A stretch of DNA of 52,577 nucleotides. Origin: Intoshia linei (taxonomy: Eukaryota; Animalia; Orthonectida). This document shows, piece by piece, positions 24,813 through 36,600 of this stretch. The translations under genes were made by a program, and so were the position numbers. Positions within the stretch are counted from its first letter, which is position 1. Every line of letters starts with the position of its first letter. The DNA lies in contig LWCA01000115.1 in the NCBI GenBank assembly GCA_001642005.1, positions 1 through 52,577 on the forward strand, read 5' to 3'. The notes under the pieces were generated by a model that saw only the letters and a program-made list of their open reading frames with translations, searched no databases and was not told the DNA's origin.

Positions 24813-25151
24813 TTATTCAGATCGCATTGATATCTCAGGTTTTTTTAATGCGTTGTAAATTGACAATCTTTTGGAATGGATATCTTTTAATTGTTTTTGT
24901 TTTATGTCGTCTTCACTGATAGATGCATAATAATTTATTTTTTCAAAAACTGAATTAGGTATTAGACTAAATACATACAAAATTAAATAGACATTGAATG
25001 TATAAAGTTTGTACCTTATCGCTCCAAATGCTAATAATGCAGTAGATCCTACAATTAACCAAGATAATAGAGACGAAGTTTTTCTAAAATATTTAATGTC
25101 GGGTTCAGTGCCTTTTCTAAATGTTTTTAGATTTCGTATAAAACGAACCAT
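24813..25151 (-). CDS. Small hypothetical single-pass membrane protein (possibly mitochondrial)
   Basis: Basic N-terminus MVRFIRNLKTFRK, one hydrophobic segment LLSWLIVGSTALLAFGAI, and a probable in-frame 48-nt GT-AG intron after GAIR. Confidence 0.55.
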   Translation of the reverse strand: MVRFIRNLKTFRKGTEPDIKYFRKTSSLLSWLIVGSTALLAFGAIRYKLYTFNVYLILYVFSLIPNSVFEKINYYASISEDDIKQKQLKDIHSKRLSIYNALKKPEISMRSE

Positions 25152-25211
25152 TAAACAGGAATTTTATTGTTTAGTTGTCTAGTAAATTATTTAACTTTAG
25201 TTTAATATAAA

Positions 25212-25395
25212 GTTTAAATTGAAGTGGCCAGAAAAATACGTATTATCACTTTTAGTTTATTTAGTTTTAGTTTGGAATAAATTTTAAGCCGAAAATTTTT
25301 ATTCGTCATCATAGATAAGTAGTTTTGTCATTACATTTATCATCAAATAAACTAAAATTGATAGTACGTATTTTTTCTGGTCACTTTATTTAAAT
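25212..25395. repeat. Fold-back inverted repeat / MITE
   Basis: aagtggccagaaaaatacgtattatcacttttagtttattt (25222-25262) pairs with aaataaactaaaattgatagtacgtattttttctggtcactt (25345-25386). Confidence 0.8.
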
Positions 25396-25654
25396 TAAAG
25401 TTAAAATTTAACCTAAATAAATGATGTGTAAATGAAACTTGCAAAGATAATATAATACAGTATATCTGCGCTCATTGGTTTCACCGGTTCACAGAATAAT
25501 TGACTATTGAAATATGAACATAAAAAGGACAGTCAAATTTGCATAATACCAACATTGTGACTTTGAACCAATTATCATATACAGTCAAGTTTCGTTAGTA
25601 GAGGCAAGAAAACTCAGTATATTTCAAAGTGTCAAATCAATTATAACTTATAAT

Positions 25655-26125
25655 TAGGGCAGTTTTTTATGGCAAAATGCCATTTTTTATATGATAATAA
25701 GCACGAAATTACAAGCACTATGATACCAATATTATGTTTATTAATTAGGTAATTAACAATTTATAAAGTCAATAAATGTCATAAACTAAGTTTTTTCATA
25801 AATGCCATAAAGTCAATTATTTTTAAAAAGGTAATTTTTTTCAAGTTTAAATTGAGTTACCATTAAATCACAAAAGAATGTGTATTATTATATTAATCAA
25901 ATTTTTTCCAAATCAATTATATCCTCATACATTAACGAAACTTATATTTAAAAATGCCTAAACCGACACATCTATTTATACTAAAATGAATAACATTCAA
26001 AAACTATGATGATGAATTCAAAATTAATGGAATTATTTTATGTGTATAAAATGTAGTTGCTCTGTCTCTTATGAAAAATTGTACTTTGCAAAGAGTCATA
26101 GAACCACAAAGAAACATAATGTAAT
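25655..26125 (+). mobile_element. Decayed hAT element with CGGBP1-like N-terminal zinc finger
   Basis: TAGGGCAG terminus at ~25655. The interrupted frame from 25954 reads MPKPTH..YDDEFKINGIIL/CIKCSCSVSYEKLYFAKSHRTTKKH (CxxC...H...KH). Confidence 0.5.
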
Positions 26126-26446
26126 GGAAGATGGTTTCATCATTGCCAAAATATTTAAAACTGACTATTAATTTTACTGATGTTATAAGTTGTAGTAATT
26201 ATTAGTAAAGTTTATCAATTATTTTCATATCTGCGCTGTTAAATGGACACCCTGTATTAAACTAGTTACTTTAAAATGTCTTATAATATTGATAATTTTG
26301 TTACTTTGAAAATATTTAAAGATTAAGTTGAGATATTAAGGTAAGGCTCGATATGCATGCCTACCGAGTCGGTAGTACCGACAATACACTTATTAAAAAG
26401 GTAGATTAATAAGTTTTCCCCAATTATAATAGACATTGTATATATT

Positions 26447-29400
26447 TTATTTTTTATAAACATATTTGGCAAAAATATGTGCATATTTACTTCCATTTAC
26501 AGTAGCTTTTAGTTTTTCTAAAAGCATAAATAATCCAGATATTTTTCTATGAAATGTATATGCTTCTTCTGGTGGTGGAATAAGTCTATGTTCCAACATG
26601 ATGGGTATCATGTTAAAAATTGATTCTTTAACTTTAAAATCACCAAAATTATAAGAATTCGATGAGTATATACTGGCTACAGCTTTCACAAGATTTAAAT
26701 GTGTGTCAATCATGATCTAAAAATATTACTGTATATATAAATTATACTTTTAAAAAATTTTAGTGTAACATTTTACATTTAAAACCTTACTTATATGTAA
26801 GTAAATTAATTAATTATAATTATAAAGTAATGTAGTTGAATATGTAGGTTCTTGTATTTGTTTGCATTTAAACATTTATTTAAGAAAGTGAATGGTGTAG
26901 ACTCTACGCTGTAGAGTTTTAACAATAAACAATAAGTTTTAAGTTCTAATACAGTTTTACGAGAGTCAGATTTTATCATAAATTTCATTTTCTGAAATTG
27001 AATTATTCAGCGCCAATAAACTAAAATTATGAGTTTAACATAAATTTCAAGCTCAAAAACTTAAATCTTCACAACCAAAATGCGAAATTACGCAATATTT
27101 TGTAAAATGTATGTATGCATGCATGTAGTAAAACCGTAACGGTACGCCAAACTTAAAAATTTATTTTTATAAAAATAACCTTTGATTCATTTCCATTAAT
27201 AAATTTTAATTTTTTGGATAATTCCATAACCATTTCTTCATTTTTATCTATTGTTGCACCAATCATTTGAGTATAATCAGACAAAAATTCTGGATCATAT
27301 TCGACAACGGCTCCCATATCAATTAAATTAATCTAGAAATGACATAAATTAAACTAAAATAATTTTATAAAATATACAGTATAACAGCGCAAATCCTAAC
27401 TTATATAAAACTCTTAGTTATTGAAATAAATGATAACACACATACAGACAAACAAAGAGTATTAGAATTTTATAAAAGTCACATTTCTATTACAGTTTTT
27501 TCTGGGGGAAAGTAAGATAAATTTCAACCTCTGAAACTCTAATCTTACCGGTCAAAAATTCCAATTGTCCCTTTTTTTGAAAATCAAACAAGTTCGAGAA
27601 TTTAAAAAAATATATACACTTGTATGTACACTGATACGGATTTTAAAATCATAAATATCATCATAACTTAAAAATTAAAAAAAATATATCTTCAGAGCCA
27701 AAACCACAAATTACCTTTTTTTTAAATGAAAAAAGCACTAGAATTTAAAAAAATTACAGGTATTACAGTTGTATCCTGTTAAAACACAAAAAATTTCAAT
27801 CTGATTAAGTGACGCCTTCACGGTTAAAAAAGCACTTTAGTATTCATATATTATTTTTCAGAAATATTTTATTAACTAAAAAAATGTAAAATAATTAACT
27901 GTTCAAAAATTAAAAAAAATATTATTCTGATAGAGCTTATTCCAGTCGATATAAATACAAAATTTCAACCACAGAAATCTACGCATTCCTGGTGAAAAAT
28001 AATTTTTAATATATTATCAACTAATATATTTCGATTAAAATCAAAAATTGAAAATTGAATGTAAATATTGATCCTACAATTTCAAAAAAATGTGGATTGT
28101 ACGTCTACACAATTTCCAAGAAGACATATGGGTGAAAATCTATATAATTCATTCCTTCGGATTTTTTTAATTGCTACGCAATTTTTCATTCTCAAATACT
28201 CATTTTCAAAAAATTTAACGAAATTTATATAAAAACTTAAGTAACTAAAAGTACAACTTTGTTATTATGATTTTTTTATTTATTACAATGCTTTGCAATG
28301 TTGGTAAAATTCAACCGAAATTTTAAAATTGTTTTACTTGTTAAACTTACTGATAGTACTTGTGAATATACAGATTTATTTACAATTTAAATTAAATCTG
28401 ACAGTAGATTAAATTTAAATTTTTAATATTAACGTCAGATAAGTCCGTCCTCGGCAGAAGTAGGGCTGTTTGTACGTAGTACAAAACAGCCAATCTAGTC
28501 ATGTTTATAAAATACAAAAAAAAATATTAAAAATACCACATTTATTAAAAATAAATAAGAAATTGTAATTATCCAACCACTACGGGGATAGATAACATGA
28601 TATGGTTAATAATCACCGATAGACTTTAATCTAAGATACCACATTTTATGGCTTCTGAAAAATGTTCCTACACTTTAGTGGGCCACGGACGAAAAACTTG
28701 AGAAACAGCTCAGTATAATAGGCATTATAAACCCGTTACATTATGTACCCTTCATATGGACCAATTTGTCAACAGAACATGTTTGATCACTGAAAAAATT
28801 AAAATTTTACTTATTTTACAAATATCATTATTGCAAGTCCTAAATTAAGATTCCTCAAGTAATAAGTTGCAGAATTAGGATTCCTACTCCATAAAAATTT
28901 AAATAAATATGATTACCACGTCATTATTTTCATCGTATAAATAATTGGCCCAATTGGGATCACTTTGCATTAAATTATTTGTAAATTCAACTCCATTCAA
29001 TGTCAATATTCGTTCTGCGATCTATTAATTCAAATAAATACTATTTATTATATATCTACAGTAGAATCACAAATATAATTAATTTTTCGTAACGCGCGGT
29101 CATTTTTTAATATATTTTACACCCGTTTTTCAACTACAATAATGACTTCAACAAAAAATTTAAAGTAATGAAATTATTCGTATCTGAAAATACTATGCAT
29201 TTGTATTAAATTATAAAAGTCACAAGTGGGAAGGCTGTCGTACAGTAATTTGCAATAATATTTGAACATTAAAAAAATGGAAAAAGAAAGAATTTCAGAA
29301 AATAAGCCATCAAAAGATTATAAATAAAATTATTAACAATTGTTATTGTAATTTGGTCGAATCTGACTCATTTTCACGATACAGTTAATAAATATAATTT

Positions 29401-31870
29401 GAAATAAAAACGTGTGAATCACTCGAAGCTAAAGTATAAGAAGAATTATACAAATTATAAAACCTCATTTTTTTTACTACTTTCTAATAGTGCAGTTTTA
29501 TCCAAACTATACCCTTCTGCAAATTCAGTAGTAAGAACTTTTCTGGTACAATAATTCTCAATAATATTTGGAACGTTGAATTTTTGATTAATTAAATCTT
29601 TATTTTCATTAACCATTTTTCTAAATTGTTAATTATAAATGTAAATCGTCTACAATAAACGGAAACTGAAAATGGACCTTGGCCACGGAGAAATTACAAA
29701 CTAATTGATAAAGTAGATTTTTTAATCGTATCGGGATGCTGACACGTTAGAACGTTTTACACCGTTAGACTTACGGTTAGTTGCAAAAAATTTTACCTCG
29801 AAAATACGTTCTAAAATGTATAAATGTACCTAAATTTAATGATATTTGATGCTTCCAACTCATAATTAACTTCTTTCACCAATTCCAATTTAGCCACATT
29901 AATAATATTGTCAATAAAAAGTCCTAATTAAAATTTGAATATATTTTTTGAAAAAACAAACCTTTAGGAATGACGTTGAAAAACTTTAAAAAAGTAGCCA
30001 AATTATCCATATCACTATTAATACTTTTATCTACACCAGGATACTAAAATAGTTTATCAAAATCATTGATATTTATCAAACTTGAATTTTAACAGCTACA
30101 TCTAGATTATTAATGGTAGTAGCTCTATGAACTTGGCCTATTGACGCTGCAGCAAACGGTTTGGTATCAAAATTTTTAAATTTCGATATCCAGTCATTTC
30201 CAAGTTGTTTTTGCATAGTTTTCTGTTAAAAATATATTTAATTTAAATCAATTATAATAATTATTTATAACCTTTAATTGTACGAGTGGCATGTAATCTG
30301 CATTATTTCGAACTCTTTCAAATATAGTACTCCAATTAGGGTGTATGACTGAAGAATCTATTAAACGAAAATGTAAGGTATAAAATTTAAATATACCAAT
30401 TAAACTAAACATTTGACCTAATTTCAATGATGCTCCGCGAACTTTACATAGAGTTGAAACAATCCTTTCAATATTTTCATCAGTGAATATATTGTCCATC
30501 TTGTCTATTTTTAATTTGGATTATAAATCAATTATTTCAATGTAGTGTAATGCAAAAATGATTTTTTACAAACCTCGATCAGAATAGATTAAAATATTAG
30601 ATAATGACGAAAGTCCAACCTTGGCAGTCAAACCTATAACATGAGATTAAAATAAATATAACAAGTAAAGTAAAATAGTGTGGTAAATGAATCATCGAAA
30701 TAGAAACTGGTTCTAAACCGGATTCAGGGTAGTTATTTAACTTAAAAAATTTCCTCACGCCACTAATTAGTAAAATGCTCCAAACATTACATTAAAGTGA
30801 CTGATATTTGTTGAATATATCGTATTATTATTGTTTTTTTTCATGTTATTATCATATATTTTTTTATATATTTTACCCATTTTTCGTTAGTTACATTATA
30901 CAGTTACAAGTTCTAATTTATAAAACAAATTTAGCTTTGAAAATGATACATCTAAACTGGACTAATAGAAAATCTACATATTTAAGAAAAACCCGTTTAA
31001 TTTTAAAGAAATATGTTTAATTTTATATTTTATACTTCCAAATTCAAAAAAACGGCCAATCCTTGTTTCAGGAACTGGATTTTCTTTACTTCTTTCACTT
31101 AGCTAAATACTAATTAATTATTTATATTGATATAATTACCATTTGGTTGAATTTTCCTTTTTTTGGTGAATTTGATGCATTACATTTAAACAAAATATTA
31201 TAACTTGATCCAATTTTATAAATGTCACTACACATAAAACATGTAAACGTAGAATTATTTTATAAAATTACAGGGTATTCAAAAAATATAATTACAAATA
31301 TACTCTATCGATAACATTATAATATCTATCTTCTCTCAAACTTAATCCATTAATTATAATAACTAGATTGACTGTTATGTACTTCGTACAAACAGCACCT
31401 AGATCTACCGATGGCGGACTTTTTTGATTGTACAAAAAATAAATTCAATAATAAAATCTTACTTCAATATACTACTATTCACTATTATCAATTCTTTAAA
31501 GGAGTGATTCTCAAACTATTTTCATCACAGAGCGGTCATTTTACGTTATCTATTTTTAAACTGAATTAATCCCACTTTAATTTTATTTTGATAAGAAGAA
31601 TTTGTGTAAAGAATTTTAAAAATAATTCTATTCTTAAATATCATAAGTAAATTTTTTTTTAAATTTAAAATTATTAAGAGAAATTAAAGACCCTTGAAAA
31701 GATGGGTAGATGGCGTAGATGCGTCGTTTGCGAAGATTTTTCATTTTCGGTGACCTCGATATTCGGCTGTGCAAGTAACTCGATTAGTCCGGTTATTAAT
31801 CGAGTTACCTGTATATAATTCAAAAATTAATTAGATTAAAAAATTACCGTTTTAGAATACAAATAAACAT
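26447..31870 (-). CDS. COQ8: Atypical kinase COQ8 (ADCK3/ADCK4, UbiB family), multi-exon
   Basis: Motifs in order: QM|[31 protein letters not shown] (KxGQ), [17 protein letters not shown]|[41 protein letters not shown]. Predicted first exon MFICILKR at 31870-31848. Stop at 26447. Confidence 0.95.
27394..28498 (+). mobile_element. Near full-length non-autonomous Helitron
   Basis: A|TCCTAACTTATAT 5' end. The 3' hairpin ctgtttgtac-gta-gtacaaaacag is followed by ccaatCTAG|T. No TIR or TSD. Confidence 0.82.
31363..31530 (-). mobile_element. Helitron 3' portion
   Basis: Minus-strand hairpin plus CTAG|T, matching the family 3' end. Confidence 0.72.
31772..31811. repeat. 40-bp hairpin resembling fused pogo/Tigger TIRs
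   Basis: caagtaactcgatta - 10 nt - taatcgagttacctg|ta. Confidence 0.7.
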
Positions 31871-32661
31871 GTATTTTAAATATTAAATAAGAGAATTTAG
31901 TCAAATAATTCGAAACAAATAAACTTGTGATTCAATTTGAAATACCTTTTTCAATATTGCAATAAATTTTATAAAATTATTATATGTTAGCGTATACCAG
32001 GGGTTCCCAAAATGGACGATATCGCCCCAAGGGGGTGATTATAAAAACACTGTATATTCAAAAAACGATTTTAGATGGGTAGAGTGGAGTGTTGATGAAT
32101 TTTTTGGTTGTAAGGGGATATTTTTATAGCAAGTTTGGGATCCACTGATATAAAAAGCGACTTTAATAAATAAATTTATTACATATCATAGTGAAGAAAT
32201 GTTATAATACGATTTATCGACTTGCTAGTTACATATATTTGTTGAATTGTAATTCATCGTTCTTTATCAGAAATTTAATTTATTCTATAATTATTTATTT
32301 TTTGTATTCTAGAATTAAATTAACCGGTTATCAACACTACTAAATATTATACAAATTATACTAATATTATATCATTATAACAGTAATTACATGAAACAAT
32401 TTTTATAATTAGTTTGAATTGTAATTACAGTGATTTGTGTCCAATATGAATGCCAAGGGACTTATTTTGTTCAATGTGAATATAACCCACAAAATACATG
32501 AATTTTGAGTCGCAAGACATTCCATTGGGGTAAATTGACATTGCACAGAAACCACTGCACTACATTCACGTAGTATAAATTACTTTAGATTCATTTTCTA
32601 AAATAAGTTTTATTTTTATTGATAATTACAAAACTTTTTTTTTATTATTATTGAGTTCCGC

Positions 32662-33346
32662 TTTTCAATTACAGTTTTTTCCGGGACGTATAATAAGATA
32701 AATTTCAACCTCCCAAACTCACATCTTACGCGTCAAAACCCCAAATTACCATTCTTTTTATAATGAAAACAGCCCTAGAATTTCAAAAAATTTACAGGTA
32801 ATACAGTTGTATCCTGTTAACACAGATAAAAAATTTAAATCCGAATAAGTGACGACTTCACGGTCAAAAAAGCATTTTAGTATTCATATATTTTTTTCTG
32901 AAATATTTTATTAACATGTAAAACAAAAAATGTGAAATAATAAACGATCCTAAAATTAAAAAAAAAAAATTATTCTGATAGAGCTTATTTCAGTTGATTT
33001 TTAGGATTGGTCTGTTTTTACTTTATTTTTAATATTATACATATATTCTGTCTAATAAATTAAAAAAATGGGATAACAATTGTTTTTAAAATTTGTTACG
33101 CAAATGTTGACAAACAAAACATTAAGATAGAATAATTCACTTCAAAGTAAAAAATAATGTGATATGACGGTTCTACCTGAAAAAAGTTTGGGAACACTTC
33201 TTTAAGTGATTTATAATGGTGAATAGTATGATTTTTAAGTTAGATTAGTTAGATTTTCAACGTGAATTTATTTTTTTGGTAAAATAAAAATGTGCCCTCA
33301 GCAGAGCTAGGTGCTGTTTGTACGTAGTACATTACAGTCAACCTAG
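32662..33346 (+). mobile_element. 5'-truncated, internally deleted Helitron copy
   Basis: Collinear with 37200-38297. Ends with hairpin and acCTAG|T. Confidence 0.8.
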
Positions 33347-33608
33347 TTTTAATATAATATTGACAGTAATAATGTTTCTGGAATATTTTTACATTCTGTA
33401 TTACAATTTAAAATGTTTTCTTTGATCAATATATAAAATATTCCCGATAAAATACAGGATGAAGTAATAGATTTAATTTATCATTCCACTGAACGTAATA
33501 TTTTCTATGAAAAACCATTAAGTACCATGTACTTTTTAATGTGATACAGATTTATATATTATACATTCTTAAAACGATATATTAATATGTTTATTTAAAA
33601 ATTTTTTA

Positions 33609-36600
33609 TTACAATGTAGATCTGTTAATTAACGGAGTAACAATCAAGAGTATAAATATCATTATAAATGTTAGTAAAGCAAACACAATCAAAAAAATTC
33701 TGTCTACGATTACAGCTATTAAACCTAAATATAAAATAATTAAACATCTATTGCAGAAATTCCCACACTTTTTTCACGGTAGACCGGTATTCATAATATT
33801 ATATTATAAAAGTTATCGCGGACACTTGAAGCGAAATTAAGAGGAAAAAGTAAAAAAAAGTAGATAAAAAAGGTCTTGAAAAAAACGAATCGACTTCTAA
33901 TTAGTAAAGTTTTTCAGATACCGGTATTGATCCCGGGCCGGCATTTTGGAAACGCTGATCTATAGTAATTTTCCAATAATTTTACTGATATTTGAGCAAT
34001 ATATATGTAATTTTGTTATCCAAACTTAAAACGGGCGTTTAGAGTTAGCCGGTGAATAAAATATAAACTATGATACTCACTTGGTTCATACCATCAATAT
34101 CAGTTGCTGTATGTTGATGAAAATTATATAATAAATAATAATAATAGGAAATAATATCGACTACGTTTACGTTACATATATGATTTCCATACTTTGTGTT
34201 ATATTTTAAAATAAATTTTATTTGAATATATATATAATGTATATTATTCCTAATTAAATCAAATTATTTACTATAAGTAAGATGTAAAAATAATAATATT
34301 ACGCCATTCTGCAAAAATGTCTTCCGATTCAGTCACTTTTTCAGAATATTTTCTTAAAATGCTTTCTTTCAACAATGATTTGTCCTAATAACATGAAAAT
34401 ATAATATTATTACATTATAAATTAAATTTTAGTTATTGAATACCCTTGTCATTTTCCAATCAAAAAACAAAATATATCGTTAAAAAATTCAAAAATGTTT
34501 ATCAGCGTAACATATTAAAAGTAATTTTTGACCGAGATACGTAGATCTCTGTGTTTAAAATTTTTAGCTAGATCAACTGGAATAAGCTATATCAGAATAA
34601 TCCTTTTTTTAAATTTTAGGATTATTAATTATTTCATATTTTTTATTATACATTAATTAATTAGTTATTTAGTGTGATCATAAAAAGTCGTACGATCAGT
34701 TTCAGTTTATTTATTTACTTTTTTAAATCTTGTTTTTTTTAATTTATTTTTATCTGTGGGGATTATGGGGTGAATAGGCAACATTATAATACTCATGAAT
34801 ATGATATAAAAATTGTAAAATAATAAATTACATCACAATCAATGTTTCGTTCATTTGCATTGGAGTATGATGCATGAGCGGCAGATTGTCGAATACGCAT
34901 TTTATCAATTTGCAGAGATTGGTTTCCTTTAATAATTGAGTTTTTTTTGAAAAAATTTTCACAAAATTTACAAGGATCTTTTAAAAAAATTCGACACGAA
35001 ATTTTCCCGAGTATTTTTTTGTTTACATATTTTGGCAGTTTAATCATGTTGGAGGAATTATTGTGCAAATTTAGAATGAAAATTGACAATAATATTGAAC
35101 ATGTAGTAATAATCATGGATAAAGTAAGATATATACCTAAAAAGAAGTATTTAATAATATTAACTATGTAATTATTTACAATAATAACAGTTAATAATTA
35201 ATATGAATTGTAAATCTTATTTTTTAATTTATTCAACAATTTTTCTTCATATATTATTTAAAATTTAATTTAATTAATAATTTTATTCTAATAATTATAT
35301 ATTTACATATGTTACTAAAAACGAAAATATAAATGTATAATATATAATAATACATAATAATAAAAAGTTGGATGAATAAAATTATTTACGAAGTACCTAC
35401 AATAGGTACACTTTCAGAGGTAACAGGAATATTTTCAGCAATGAGAAGCATAAATACAGAATATGCCAATAAAATGGTTATGCCTAGAGATATCTTTTCT
35501 CCTGAATCACATGGTACACAAAAATTGGATATATTTAAAAAATTTAACCATATGCAAGGTAAAATGATGTAAATAATATAATAACTAGTCAGTCTTTCAA
35601 AATATAACACAATTGTTACATCTGAAAAGTAGTTTGTGGATATTGGATACTTTACTTGATTTTTCTCGATTTTTGTATGTTTTATACTCCATTCTCCATT
35701 TTTTGTAAATAGATCCAAATTTACTATATTTGATGAGTTGCGAATGTCCAATTGGTTTGATGGGTGCATCCATGAACCGAATTTAAGTGAACATATTTGG
35801 CTATCAAATGGGAAAAATGCAATGTTGAGTTTACAGGAGGATCGTAGACGAACTATACATCTTTATATAATTTTATATGGCGGGTAATTTTCTAGAGAAA
35901 TTGTTTTTTAAATTGGTTAATTTTATTAACATATAGTAAATTTTTTTACTTTTATACCAGCGGTTTATAAGTGGGAATAATGATATCCCGAGGTCCAGAA
36001 ATAATTTCGATGGGTTAAATCTTCTGAGCCTTATATTGCATGCATACATACTATGATACAATTAAAATTACACTAATATCATATACATTGCGATTGCAAA
36101 TTTTTTTAATTAAACTTAAAATTTAGTATTTGTTGCTACGAGACTTTCATCACATTTAAAACCGCTGGTATACATGTATTGCAATTGTTCTCAATATACT
36201 TCACAGTTTGTACCCCTAAACTGAAAAAAATAATTTCGTACCCAATAATAATTTAAATTTAATATAACTGACATCGTATGAATTAAAAAAATTGTATATT
36301 TGACCGGTTGATGAAACTTTTCTTTAAAATGTTTAAATGATAGATGAAATTAATTAAATCGAAAATATGATATATTAATTTAAATTTATAGTAATATACA
36401 TATATATGTATTATATATAAATATAACCTGGTGGAGCCCAAGAAACAACGCCATCGCTCATAAGTATCACTTGAGAAGATGTGAATTTGTTTGAAAAATC
36501 GTCTGCGCTTGAATAATTTAAAATTAATATAAAAATGACATACAACTAACATACAATGTAATACATTAAATATATTTAAATAAAATAAATTCATTAATAG

